DNA of 61,438 nucleotides, filler included, from an uncultured virus (IMG/VR IMGVR_UViG_2061766007_002631) (7 parts of one record of this genome joined end to end with filler, not necessarily neighbours in it), one strand, 5' to 3'; positions 33,998-46,246 are shown, numbered from the whole stretch's first letter. Notes: generated by a model from the sequence alone, not told the origin. Made by a program: numbers and translations.

Positions 33998-34361
33998 GGT
34001 CGCTGCGGTCGCCACTTCCGGCATCAACAATGCTTCCGGGAGCATCAGCATTGCCACGGCATCCGCTTCCCAGCTCGGCGGCGTGAAGATCGGGTCGAAC
34101 ATCACAATCAGCAACGGCGTCATCTCCGTTGCCGAAAGCACCAACTCCCAGAAGGGCGTGGTCCTCACGAAGAGCACCGTTGACGGCAACAACGCCAGTC
34201 TGTCCGCCACCGACTCCGCAGTCGGCACTGTCCCGACCGTGTGGGCCGTGGAAACGGCCCTGAAGGCGAAGCAGGACAAGCTCACTGCCGGTACTGGCGT
34301 CTCCATCACGAACGGCACGGTCAGTGTCGCCGATACGGTCATCTACGAAGTCGTCTCCTGA
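33998..34361 (+). CDS. Tail fibre protein B C-terminus
   Basis: ...KQDKLTAGTGVSI.NGTVSVADTVIYEVVS*. Confidence 0.78.
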
Positions 34362-34438
34362 CCCAGAACGCTCCTGAATCCGTCCGGCATCCGGCCGGAC
34401 GGAACACATCCCACCTCAACTTTTAGGAGAACATCTCT

Positions 34439-36074
34439 ATGGCAAATAAGAAAATCCTGCTGAAGTCGACTGGTGGAGACGCGCTGTATCCGCGCACCTC
34501 CATCGACAATCTCGTGGATGCCGTCGGCAGTACGAACTCCGTCAGCGTTCCCGTGCTCGACTCCAACGGCAAGCTCGATGCGTCCTACCTTCCGAGCTAT
34601 GTGGACGACATCATCGACCTCAAGGCCATCACCGGAACCGCACCGACTTCCTGCGCGGTCGGCGACATGTACTTCAACAATGCCAGCGGCAACCTCAAAA
34701 TCTACACTGCAACGGCAGCCAACACCTGGGGAACGACCGGAGCAACGCCTGAGGTCGGCAAAATCTACGTCAATCTCGCAGACAGCAAAATCTACCGCTG
34801 GTCCGGCTCCGCGATGGTCGAGATTTCCAAACAGGTCTCCACTGTCACGAGTGTTCGAGCAACCTCGTCCGCGCTCGATACTGTCGTCCCGACAGAAAAA
34901 GCCGTCGCCTCCGCCCTCGCAGGCAAGGCGGCAAGCTCCCACACGCACAGCATTTCCAATGTTTCTGGTCTGCAGGATGCTCTCGACGCCAAACAGGGAA
35001 CCCTGACCGCGGGGACGAACATCAGTATCTCGAACGGCACGGTCAGCAACACCTACAGTTATTCTCTGCCGACCGCTTCGAGCTCGACCAAAGGCGGGGT
35101 GAAGGTCGGTTCCGGCCTCAGCATCGCAAGCGAGGTTCTGTCCGTCAATACCGGCTCGACCTCGGCAAAAGGTATCCTGCAGGTCGATGAGACTGCGTCC
35201 AACGGCGTCAAGATTGCCGTCAACAGCGGCACAATCAGCGCCGTCGCCGTCCTCGGTACGACCGCCTCTGCTGGTCCTGTCCGTCTGGCAACCACCACGG
35301 AAGCCACGACCGGCACGAGCGAGGAAGTCGCCGTCACCCCCAAGGGCCTTGCCACCGAGCTTGCGAAGAAGGCAGCCTCCAGCCACACCCATAGCATCGC
35401 CAATGTGAGTGGTCTGCAGGACGCTCTCGANNNNNNNNNNCCTCGGTTCGACCGCATCGGCTGGCCCCGTCCGTCTGGCAACCACCACGGAAGCCACGAC
35501 TGGAACGAGTGAAGAAGTTGCCGTCACCCCGAAGGGACTGAAAACTGAGCTCGACAAAAAGGCGGCCTCCAGCCACACCCACAGCATCGCAAATGTCAGT
35601 GGCCTGCAGGACGCTCTCGACGGCAAGCAGGGAACCCTGACTGCGGGAACGGGNNNNNNNNNNCCCGACCGCCAGTTCGTCCGTCCTTGGCGCTGTCAAG
35701 ATCGGTACGAACATCAGCATCAGTTCCGGCGTCATCAGCGTCGCCAATGGCAGCACCTCGGCCAAGGGCGTTGTTCAGCTCGCGACCGTCGCCGAAGCCA
35801 CTGCCGGAACCCTCGAAACTAAGGCTGTCACGCCGAAGGGATTGAAAACCGAGCTCGACAAGAAGGCTGACACCTCGCACACTCATGCGATCTCGGACGT
35901 CACTGACCTGCAGGATGCCCTTGACGGCAAGGCTGCGACCAGCCACAGTCACGAAATCGCGGACGTCACCGGCCTGCAGACCGCCCTTGACGGCAAGCAG
36001 GGGGCTCTGACGGCTGGCACGAACATCAGCATCACGAACGGAACCGTCAGCTGCACCTATTCGTATTCTCTGCC
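34439..36074 (+). CDS. Tail fibre protein C (longest piece plus fragments)
   Basis: MANKKILLKSTGGDALYPRTSIDNLV...; H.H.I..V.GLQ.ALD.K and AVTPKGL repeats. Confidence 0.8.
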
Positions 36075-36980
36075 NNNNNNNNNNNNNNNNNNNNNNNNNN
36101 NNNNNNNNNNNNNNNNNNNNNNNNNNNNNNNNNNNNNNNNNNNNNNNNNNNNNNNNNNNNNNNNNNNNNNNNNNNNNNNNNNNNNNNNNNNNNNNNNNNN
36201 NNNNNNNNNNNNNNNNNNNNNNNNNNNNNNNNNNNNNNNNNNNNNNNNNNNNNNNNNNNNNNNNNNNNNNNNNNNNNNNNNNNNNNNNNNNNNNNNNNNN
36301 NNNNNNNNNNNNNNNNNNNNNNNNNNNNNNNNNNNNNNNNNNNNNNNNNNNNNNNNNNNNNNNNNNNNNNNNNNNNNNNNNNNNNNNNNNNNNNNNNNNN
36401 NNNNNNNNNNNNNNNNNNNNNNNNNNNNNNNNNNNNNNNNNNNNNNNNNNNNNNNNNNNNNNNNNNNNNNNNNNNNNNNNNNNNNNNNNNNNNNNNNNNN
36501 NNNNNNNNNNNNNNNNNNNNNNNNNNNNNNNNNNNNNNNNNNNNNNNNNNNNNNNNNNNNNNNNNNNNNNNNNNNNNNNNNNNNNNNNNNNNNNNNNNNN
36601 NNNNNNNNNNNNNNNNNNNNNNNNNNNNNNNNNNNNNNNNNNNNNNNNNNNNNNNNNNNNNNNNNNNNNNNNNNNNNNNNNNNNNNNNNNNNNNNNNNNN
36701 NNNNNNNNNNNNNNNNNNNNNNNNNNNNNNNNNNNNNNNNNNNNNNNNNNNNNNNNNNNNNNNNNNNNNNNNNNNNNNNNNNNNNNNNNNNNNNNNNNNN
36801 NNNNNNNNNNNNNNNNNNNNNNNNNNNNNNNNNNNNNNNNNNNNNNNNNNNNNNNNNNNNNNNNNNNNNNNNNNNNNNNNNNNNNNNNNNNNNNNNNNNN
36901 NNNNNNNNNNNNNNNNNNNNNNNNNNNNNNNNNNNNNNNNNNNNNNNNNNNNNNNNNNNNNNNNNNNNNNNNNNNNNNNN

Positions 36981-37511
36981 TCATCCGGATTGACTTTGTC
37001 GTATCAAAGCTTCCTTCAGAACAGGCGGGAGGGGCTTGCCTCTTCGTTCGGCACGGCGGAGAATTCCCTCCGCGCATTTCGCCGTCAAATAGTACCGTTG
37101 CGGGATAGAGCCACGAACCAAAATATCCGATAACGAAGAGACGTCTCCGTCGCTGCGGGATCGCCCTTGGAAATTCGGGAACTCTGGTGTACTGAGCGTC
37201 AAGAATTCTCCAAGCCAAGCCGAAACATCCGGGAGCGGGGACGACAACACCACTTTTACGCCATCCTCCTTCGGGGACGTCGATTTCCCATCCGCACAGA
37301 AGCGATAGGAAGCTGGCAAAATCTTTTCCGGCCCCACTGGACAGGACACCAGGAACGTTTTCCCAGACCGTCCATCGTACCCCTGAGCGGTAAGCCAGGC
37401 GGACAAACTCAAGCGCGAGGTTGCCGCGGGGATCGGCAAGGCCTCTTCGAAGCCCGGCAATAGAGTAGCTCTGGCAGGGGGTTCCGCCGACGAGCAGGTC
37501 AATTGGTTCAT
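36981..37511 (-). CDS. Overlapping alternative-frame ORF inside the methyltransferase (EcoHK31I-beta-like)
   Basis: About 176 open codons ending SSLSDILVRGSIPQRYYLTAKCAEGILRRAERRGKPLPPVLKEALIRQSQSG*; conserved at 61097-61438. Confidence 0.7.
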   Translation of the reverse strand: MNQLTCSSAEPPARATLLPGFEEALPIPAATSRLSLSAWLTAQGYDGRSGKTFLVSCPVGPEKILPASYRFCADGKSTSPKEDGVKVVLSSPLPDVSAWLGEFLTLSTPEFPNFQGRSRSDGDVSSLSDILVRGSIPQRYYLTAKCAEGILRRAERRGKPLPPVLKEALIRQSQSG

Positions 37512-37512
37512 C
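36981..37512 (-). CDS. C5-cytosine DNA methyltransferase, internal fragment
   Basis: Hand-translated main frame: DLLVGGTPCQSYSIAG (motif IV), WENVPG (VI), LDAQY..IPQRRRRLF (VIII). Confidence 0.9.
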
Positions 37513-37522
37513 NNNNNNNNNN

Positions 37523-38296
37523 AATCGAAAAATGGAACGTCACTGAGACGTGCTTTGCGCTCTTTGCCCGGCTGTAGCTCATGCCGAGGAACATCGCCTC
37601 GCCAGGCTGCCACCCGTTGAAGGTCTTTGAGTTTACCTTGCCGACGAATCCCGCAACCTTTCGGATGAAATCGTTCGTCAGCCTCGAAACGCGCATGGTT
37701 TTCGTATGTGTCTCCCTCAGTTCGGCGGTCGGGACATCGACTCCGGTGATTTCCATCTCCGTGCCGTGCTTCCCATTCCATCCGATAGCGCCTCCGGCGT
37801 CAATCGTGCCGTAGGCGATTCGCTGATCGATAGCAAACGACACATGCTTCGTCCCGGCACCGCAGTCGAAACTGATGGTCGATTCCTCATCTTCCTCATC
37901 GTCGCCGTAAGAATCCGTGCTGGTTTCCGCCTTGTACGTCGCATTCACCTTGAACGTGGTATCGCCTTCGCGGCTGTCGATCTCGATGGCGTCCAGCGGG
38001 AGCTCATGGAGCGTCTTCGGCACGGNNNNNNNNNNTTTCGTTCCGGCACCGCAGTCGAAACTGATTGTCGACTCCTCGTCCTCCTCATCGTCGCCGTAGG
38101 AATCCGTGCTGTTCTCTGCTTTGTACGTTGCGTTCACCTTGAAGGTGGTGTCGCCCTCGCGACTGTCGATCTCAATGGCATCCAGCGGGAGATTGTGCAA
38201 CGTCTTCGGGGCCGTATTAAGGACGGCGGTCAGCGCCGCATCCTCGTCCGCAGCATCGAAAACGATATACGGAACTTCGACCGACGTATATCGTCC
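37523..38296 (-). CDS. Distal-tail-like protein, two further copies
   Basis: Same protein as 23463. Confidence 0.72.
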
Positions 38297-38306
38297 NNNN
38301 NNNNNN

Positions 38307-41168
38307 TGCACCGATGGCATTCGCAACCAAGACGTTCGCCGACTTCGATGATGCCATGAGGATGGTCAAGGCCGTGTCCGGCGCGACCGAGGGTGAGTTC
38401 AAGAGGCTGACTGAGGCCGCCGAGAAGCTCGGACGCGAAACTTCCTATACGGCGAAAGAGGTGGCCGAGGGCATGACGGCTATGGGACGCATGGGCTTGA
38501 AGCCGGACGAGATTCTGTCTGCTGTTCCCGCCGTCCTGAGCCTTGCACGTGCGACCGGAACCGAGCTCGGACAGGCTGCCGAAATCGCATCCAACAACAT
38601 GAGGGTGTTCGGCCTCGACACCTCGAAGATGGCGAACGTCGCTGACATCCTGACTGCAACGGCGAATGGATCTGCACAGACGCTGACCGACCTNNNNNNN
38701 NNNTGCTTTCTGTTTGACCTCGTCCATTGCTTCCTGCCAGGCGGCGCGGGCGCTGGCAATCTCCTCGGCGGCTCCGGTCAGGGCATCCTGATACGCCTTT
38801 TGGTGTTCCAGAATCTCCTGTGTCTGCGCCTCGTCCGCACTCGCGTTTGCTCGATCCCAATCGTCGTTAATGCTCGCAAGCTCGGCCTTTCTCTGCGCGG
38901 ATGCCTGTGCCTTCGCGTTTTCTCTGGCACTCTTCCGTTCATTGTATGCCTGTTCGACGCGGGCGATCTCGGCCTCGACTTCCTCGTCGGAGTCGAAGAA
39001 GCCCTTCGTCTTGATCCAGACCTTCTGGATTTCCAGCACGGTCTTCTCGAATGCCGCAATGATGCCGTTCCAAATGAAGGCCCAAGCATCCTGCATCGCG
39101 TTGCCGATGGATTTCAGACCGTAGAGAAGCCCATACCACAGATTGTTTCCGAGCTTTAGGATCGAGTAGACGATGAGCGTCCAGCTGTCGGCAAGGAACA
39201 TTTTCAGGCCCGCCCACGCCTTCTTCAGCGGCTGGAGCCCGGTCAGCCAGGCGAGTTTCAGAGCGGCGAGGCCGACTCGTGCGGCCCCGGCGAGGTCGCC
39301 AGACATGAAGGCCGTCTTGATGGTTTCCCAAGTCTGTCCGGCAATATCCCGAATCGAGGTAAAAGCGCCGGTAACGTCCTCGGCAAGCTCGCTCGCCTCT
39401 GCTTTGCAGGCCGCCCATGCCCCGGTCAGCTCCCACACGACCGCAATCACGGCAGCCAAGGCCGCGCCGATCAGGAATGCCGGAGAGGTGATGGCTGCCC
39501 ACATCGCCAGAGCGATAACCTTGGTTGCGACCATTGCAGTCTGCAGGAGACCGAACAATCCGATCAACCCCTGGATAGCGACCATCGGAGCAAGCACAGC
39601 AGCTTTCAGCACGAAGAACACGGTCGAGAGCAGACCGACGCCGACTGCCATCGCTTTGATGGCGAGTCCTGCGGCGATCATTCCGACGCCGACTGCGGCA
39701 ATCCCGGTGACGACCTTGACGGCCATGATGACCACTTCCTTATGCGCCGCGATCCACTCGGCTACCACGTTCAGCGTGGAGGACAACTTTTTCATGTAGG
39801 GCGTCAACGCCTCGCCGATGACCCGTCCGATGGCAATCTGGCATCCCTCAATCGCGCTCATCATGATTCGGAATGCACCGCCGATTCCTGCATCCATCTC
39901 TGCCGCCGTCTGGTCGGCGACCCCGCCGACGTTCTTCAGCCTCGAAATGAACTCATCCAGCTGTTGGACGTTCCCGCCGAGCTGGAGCCCGGCAAGCGAT
40001 CCACGAAGATCGAAGATTTCCTCCGCAAAACCCAAGCGTTGGGCTGTCGGGAGCTTGTTCATGTACTTGGCGATGTCGGCGATGATGTCCGGCATCGACC
40101 TCAAATTCCCGTTGGCATCCGTCGTGGCGATCCCGATTGCTTTGAGCTTGTCCTGTACTTTCGTTTTGGCAAACTGCGAGTAGGATTTCCGCAGGGCTGT
40201 GCCCGCCAAGCTCCCCTTAATGCCCATGTTCGCNNNNNNNNNNATCCGGCATTGACCTCAGATTCCCGTTCGCGTCCGTCGTGGCGATCCCGATGGCTTT
40301 GAGCTTGTCCTGCACTTTCGTCTTTGCAAACTGTGAATAGGATTTTCGCAGGGCCGTGCCTGCCAAGGAACCTTTAATGCCCATGTTAGCCAGGACGCCG
40401 AGGGCTCCGGACACGTTCACGATGTTGTCGTTCGCGGCCGCTGCCTGCGGCCCCGCNNNNNNNNNNATCCCGGAAGACTGTAGATCTGCTGTCCCGAACT
40501 GCGAATAGGATTTTCGTAGGGCAGTGCCTGCCAAGGAACCTTTAATGCCCATGTTCGCCAGAACACCGAGAGCGCCGGACACGTTCACGATGTTGTCGTT
40601 CGCGGCCGCAGCCTGCGGTCCAGCCATCTTCAGACCCTCGGCGAGGTCGGCCAGCGTCTGTGCCGATCCGTTGGCCGTGGCGGTCAGAATGTCCGCGACG
40701 TTCGCCATCTTCGAGGTGTCGAGGCCGAATACCCTCATGTTGTTGGAGGCGATCTCGGCGGCTTCTCCGAGCTCGGTTCCNNNNNNNNNNNNNNNNNNNN
40801 NNNNNNNNNNNNNNNNNCCCCATAGCCGTCATGCCCTCGGCCACCTCTTTCGCCGTGTAGGACGTCTCGCGTCCGAGCTTCTCGGCGGCTGCGGTCAGTC
40901 TCTTGAACTCTCCTTCGGTCGCGCCGGACACGGCCTTGACCATGCGCATGGCGTCGTCGAAGTCGGCGAACGTCTTTGTGGCGAACGCCATCGGAGCCGC
41001 CAGAACCCCGGAGACGGCGAGCATGTTCTTTCCGATGCCCGTCAGGGCAGACCCGAAGCTCTTGATCTTCTGCTGGGCTTGCTTCAAACCTCGTTCAAGT
41101 TTCGTCTGGTCGAGCAGGATTTCGACGTATGCGCGTCCCGCTTTCACTTCGCCTGTTGCCGTGCTCAT
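38307..41168. CDS. Tape measure protein fragments (38307-38693 plus; 38704-40233, 40244-40456, 40496-40780 and 40818-41168 minus)
   Basis: Near-identical translation to 46247-48619. Confidence 0.9.
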
Positions 41169-41235
41169 TCATAACCTCCAGTCTGGTCTAAAGAAAAACC
41201 TGTTTTTTCGTTCTTTCTACTTGCANNNNNNNNNN

Positions 41236-42210
41236 ACACCAGATGTCTCTGAGGATGCTGATCGGTGCTTTCGTTTTCGGTTTTGCGTTGTACGGATTGA
41301 AATCTGATGGTTTCACGGTCCTGCTCTTCTTCGGATCGCGAAGAACATTGGCGATCAGAGCCATCAGGGATGCAGTCTGTCCCCACTCGAACCGACCTCG
41401 CGCTTCGGTCATTCGGACGAGTTCACGCAGTGTGAATCCGTTCGGGTCTACTCCGCAGATACCTGCACAGTCCCAGATGAGCCGGTCAACCGATCCAGCT
41501 CGGAGACCACCCGACTCTCGAACTCGCCGTTCAGCTCGGCTTCCAGTTTCTTCCTTGCGGCTTCNNNNNNNNNNTCGACCTCGCGCTTCCGTCATGCGGA
41601 CGAGTTCGCGCAGGGTGAATCCGTTCGGGTCTACTCCGCAGATTCCGGCACAGTCCCAGACGAGCCGGTCAACCGATCCAGCTCGGAGACCACCCGGTTC
41701 TCGAACTCTCCGTTCAGCTCGGCTTCCAGTTTCTTCCTTGCGGCTTCGCTGAACTTGCGNNNNNNNNNNTGTAGGGATTGAAGTCGCTCGGCTTCACGGT
41801 CCTGCTCTTCTTCGGATCACGAAGAACATTGGCGATCAGAGCCATTAAGGACGCCGTCTGTCCCCACTCGAAACGGCCACGCGCTTCCGTCATACGGACG
41901 AGCTCGCGCAGGGTGAATCCGTTCGGGTCTACTCCGCAGATGCCCGCGCAGTCCCAGACAAGCCGGTCAACCGATCCAGCTCGGAGACCACCCGACTCTC
42001 GAACTCTCCGTTCAACTCGGCTTCCAGTTTCTTCCTGGCGGCGTCGCTGAACCTGCGGCTGGCGGACAGAATCTTCTGCATAACCATCCGCTTCGCCTCC
42101 GGGAAAAAATCGATCACTTCCTCCAGGAGTGCGGTAGTCGCATGCTCGATGGCGTCTCCGGCCATAGCCTCGCCGAAGTCCTCGTCCGTGATGCCGAGCT
42201 TGTCGGCCTG
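41236..42210 (-). CDS. Tail chaperone G/GT fragments (three copies)
   Basis: EVIDFFPE... and VDRL(I/V)WDCAGICGVDP... Confidence 0.78.
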
Positions 42211-42220
42211 NNNNNNNNNN

Positions 42221-43310
42221 CCGACCCCAGCGGTCAATGCTGGTAGCGTGCTCCTTGTAATTCTGTTCGACTTTTGCCGCCATATAATCTCCTGTAATGT
42301 TTGAAAAAACTGGGGAGCCTCGCGGCTCCCCGTGCCCAAAGCCCGAGGCAGAGGGGGTGTAGTTATCCGTAGGTCAAAGCCTTATCCTGACCGATTTTCT
42401 TCAGCAGCTTGTTCGTCTGCTGCGTGTTCTTGGCCATCTGCTCGGTCGCTTTCGCCGTTCGCTCCTGCGCACCGCCGCCGAGGAGAGCATCCAAGGCTTC
42501 CGAGCTCCACGCTCCCATCGATTTCTCTCCGGCAGAGGAGATTTCCTGAATCTTGACCTCGGAGCGTTCCGTCTCNNNNNNNNNNGGCGATTGGATGGAA
42601 CGGGAAGCACGGCACGGAAATGGAGATCGCCGGTGTCGACATCCCGACCGCCGAGCTGCGGGAGACGCACACGAAAACCATGCGCGTTTCAAGATTGACG
42701 AACTCCTTCATTCGGAAAGTGGCGGGCTTCGTCGGTAAGGTTAATTCGAAGACCTTCAACGGATGGCAGCCGGGAGAAGCAATGTTCCTCGGCATGGGCT
42801 ACAGCCGGGCGAAGAGCGCGAAGCACGTTTCCGTGACATTCCANNNNNNNNNNCGGCTGGAACGGGAAGCACGGCACGGAAATGGAAATCGCCGGCGTCG
42901 ATATCCCGACCGCCGAACTACGGGAGACGCACACGAAAACCATGCGCGTTTCGAAGCTGACGAACAGCTTTATTCGGAAGGTGGCCGGGTTCGTCGGCAA
43001 GGTGAACTCGAAAACATTCAACGGTTGGCAGCCTGGGGAAGCAATGTTCCTCGGTATGGGCTANNNNNNNNNNCGCGCTGACTGCCGTCCTCAATACGGC
43101 CCCGAAGACGCTTCACAGCCTCCCACTGGATGCCATTGAGATCGATTCCCGCGAAGGAAACACCACGTTCAAGGTGAATGCGACGTACAAGGCAGAGGCC
43201 ACCACGGATTCTTACGGCGATGACGAGGAAGACGAGGAATCGACCATCAGTTTTGACTGCGGCGCCGGAACGAAGCATGTGTCGTTCGCTATCGATCAGC
43301 GAATCGCCTA
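42221..43310. CDS. Tape measure end (42363-42575 minus) and distal-tail-like fragments (42221-42283 minus; 42586-43310 plus)
   Basis: Matches to the other copies. Confidence 0.75.
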
Positions 43311-43320
43311 NNNNNNNNNN

Positions 43321-43837
43321 AGAAGTAAGCCTCCTTGAACGCAAGAAAATCCTCGTCTTCGGTGTCGTACAGGATAGTGATTTCGAGCGAGGCTTCCTTG
43401 AGGGTGGCAACGCTCAGTTTCCAGCCCCTTGCTTTGCGGGTCGTGACATCCGCTTCGCCGGATTCTAGGGAGAGGGAAACGTCCTTCACGTTGGTGACCT
43501 CAATCGTCCCCTGGGTTCCGGNNNNNNNNNNATCGAGGCCATGCGCGGTGGTGTCGCCGTCCGTCACGAACAGCGAGAGCGGCGTGTTCGTGAAATAGGC
43601 GGTTTTGAACGCAAGAAAATCTTCGTCTTCGGTGTCGTAGAGGATGGTGATTTCGAGCGAGGCTTCCTTGAGCGTGGCGACGCTCAGTTTCCAGCCCTTA
43701 GCCTTTCGGGTGGTTACATCCGCTTCGCCGGATTCCAGAGAGAGGGAGACGTCCTTGACGTTCGTGACCTCAATCGTCCCCTGAGTCCCGGCAGTGCCGC
43801 GGAACAGTTTTGCATCAAGACCAAGTTTGATGGCCAT
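43321..43837 (-). CDS. Major tail tube protein N-terminal fragments
   Basis: MAIKLGLDAKLFRG...TNVKDVSLSLESGEADVTTRKAKGW; follows the gp10-like gene end (43850-43950). Confidence 0.8.
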
Positions 43838-44136
43838 ATATATACCTTTCATTGTTTTTTGACCGCGTTCTCCCACAGCTTCGGAAGCTGAGGCGCAGTC
43901 TTGTTCAAAGTGGGTCCCATGAGGGGACGTTTCGGGTAGCGGCGTCTGCGNNNNNNNNNNCAACACCGCGGAACAGCTTTGCATCAAGACCAAGTTTGAT
44001 GGCCATTGGAATATAATCCTTTCATTGTTATCGTTTGACTGCATCCGCCCAAAGCTTCGGAAGCTCAGGAGCGGTCTTTTGGAGAGTCGGTCCCATTAGG
44101 GGACGTTTCNNNNNNNNNNAGTAAAGCCGTTCGGGT

Positions 44137-44850
44137 CTATTCCGCAGATCCCTGCGCAGTCCCAGATGAGCCTGTCAACCGATCCAGCTCGGAGACCACC
44201 CGGCTCTCGAACCCGTTGTTCAGCTCGGCTTCCAGTTTCTTCCTTGCGGCTTCGCTGAACTTGCGGCTGGCGGACAGAATTCTCTGCATGACCATCCGCT
44301 TCGACTCCGGGAAAAAATTGATCACTTCCTCCAGAAGAGCGGTTGTCGCATGTTCAATGGCGTCGCCCGCCATCGCTTCCCCGAAGTCCTCGTCAGTGAT
44401 GCCGAGCTTGTCGGCCTGAGGCTTGCAGACGGCGTAGAGAACATCNNNNNNNNNNGTGTTCGATTGCGTCGCCGGCCATTGCCTCGCCGAAATCCTCGTC
44501 CGTGATGCCGAGCTTGTCGGCCTGAGGCTTGCAGACGGCGTAGAGAACATCTACGAGCAGGACGGGGTCGGAGGAGAGACGTTCGAGCAATTCGGCGGAC
44601 GGCTTGTTGTTCTTGTCGAGCTCCACGATGGAGTTGAGGTCGACCTTGCACAGACCGCGAACACGTTTGACAGTCGCCACTGTGACTTCAAGTGTCCATG
44701 TGCGGCCTTTGTTGTCAGTAAAAGATTTCATCGTTCACCTCACACCCAGACCGGAGCCCGGTCGGAGGCAGTCGGCTTCGCGGTAACTTTGACGGTGACG
44801 GCTTCTTCCAGAGGCTGATCCACGGTAAAGCCCGTGACCGAAAAGTCGGC
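44137..44850 (-). CDS. Tube C-terminus and gpG-like chaperone (further copies)
   Basis: MKSFTDNKGRTW... starts at 44731. Confidence 0.78.
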
Positions 44851-44967
44851 NNNNNNNNNNNNNNNNNNNNNNNNNNNNNNNNNNNNNNNNNNNNTTAATT
44901 AATTAANNNNNNNNNNNNNNNNNNNNNNNNNNNNNNNNNNNNNNNNNNNNCCCGCCTCCTAGGAAGA

Positions 44968-45381
44968 TCAGCCGTTGGCGGCGCCAACGGACTTGACCAT
45001 GCCGCGGTGATCCTGCTCCCTGACACCGACGTCGAAATAGACGCGGAACCAGAGCCCCAGCGTGTTGAAGTCGGTCTCGCCGCGCTCCACGGTCGGGGTG
45101 CGCTTTCCACGAAGATAACCGATCTCGAACGTATCGGTCTGATGCGGATTCCCGAACAGATACCACGCAGTGGCGGAGGCTCCTTCGTAAGCGCTGTTGG
45201 CGAGGTACGGGGAGCTGATGACCTGCAAGTTTTCATCCACGAGGCTGTTGAGCGCAGGACGAATGGTGTTGTCGCTGCCGGCCATGACGAAGGTCGCGCC
45301 GCGAGTGAGCTCGATGGCAAGATGCTTGAGCGCAGACGGAACGAGCAGGAAACGAGGTTCGACGCTGATCGGCTGGCCGTC
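44968..45381 (-). CDS. Major capsid protein C-terminus
   Basis: ...GLWFRVYFDVGVREQDHRGMVKSVGAANG*. Confidence 0.88.
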   Translation of the reverse strand, partial: DGQPISVEPRFLLVPSALKHLAIELTRGATFVMAGSDNTIRPALNSLVDENLQVISSPYLANSAYEGASATAWYLFGNPHQTDTFEIGYLRGKRTPTVERGETDFNTLGLWFRVYFDVGVREQDHRGMVKSVGAANG

Positions 45382-45419
45382 NNNNNNNNNNCCCCGCTTC
45401 AACTCCATATGAGTTTTTC

Positions 45420-45452
45420 GACGCTCTGGATTCGTCCAGGGCGTCTTTTTTT
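45420..45452 (+). terminator. Rho-independent terminator convergent with the tail terminator gene
   Basis: GACGCTCTGGA-TTCG-TCCAGGGCGTC followed by T7. Confidence 0.75.
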
Positions 45453-45867
45453 AAGGCTCCAGCCGCCTGCAGGTGTCGCGGAAAACGAGCTCGATAACGC
45501 TCGTGAACTGGTGGCGCTCCCGAAGGTCATCGGCAGAATAGATCGGGTTGAATCCAACCGCCACGCACTTCGCACCGCAGAATTCCTTGTTCAGGAAGCT
45601 CATTCCAAGCTTCTCGACCGTCGCGAGGAGCTCGTCGAGTTCCTCGTCCTTCGCCCTCTTCATGAAGCCGATTTGGAGCTTCACCGTGCGTTCCTTGAGC
45701 GCTCGCGTGATGTTCTTGTAGCTCAACTCAACAGGGACGACCACAACTTTCAGCTCCTCAAGCTCTCGAAGCGTGAATTCGGGGGCAAGCGCAGGTTTCG
45801 CATGCCAGTCGTCGAGCGACGCGGCGACCGCCTCGCTCAAAACAAGACAGTCCATATTGTCGATCAT
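45451..45867 (-). CDS. Putative tail terminator/completion protein (second copy at 49790-50008)
   Basis: Complete 138-aa ORF MIDNMDCLVL...LKVVVVP...FTSVIELVFR, in the neck region. Confidence 0.62.
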   Translation of the reverse strand: MIDNMDCLVLSEAVAASLDDWHAKPALAPEFTLRELEELKVVVVPVELSYKNITRALKERTVKLQIGFMKRAKDEELDELLATVEKLGMSFLNKEFCGAKCVAVGFNPIYSADDLRERHQFTSVIELVFRDTCRRLEP

Positions 45868-46246
45868 CTCCGCAGCAACTCCATGACAATGTTCCCGATT
45901 GCGGCGAGTAGCGCAATGAGTGCAGCGCCGAGGGTGGAAACCATCATCTTCTGCAGGTCGGCGGCGGGTTTGCAGGGCGGATAGTGGTGTTCTCCACGCC
46001 CGAAATGCATGTTCAGCATCCCGCGGAGTTCCGCGATATCCAGTCTTGCCTGGTTGACTTCGTGCCAGAGGTCGCGGGTATCCGGCACGGGTTCTTTNNN
46101 NNNNNNNCCAGCGGTCGATACTGGTAGGGTGCTCCTTGTAATTCTGTTCGACTTTTGCCGCCATATAATCTCCTGTAAAGTTTGAAAAAACTGGGGAGCC
46201 TCACGGCTCCCCGTGCCCTAAGCCTGAGGCAGAGGGTGTGTGGTGC

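Noticed and set aside
32438..34342. Long antisense ORFs opposite capsid, tape measure and fibre genes
   Set aside because: These are shadow frames expected from GC-rich codon bias; they have no motifs or RBS.
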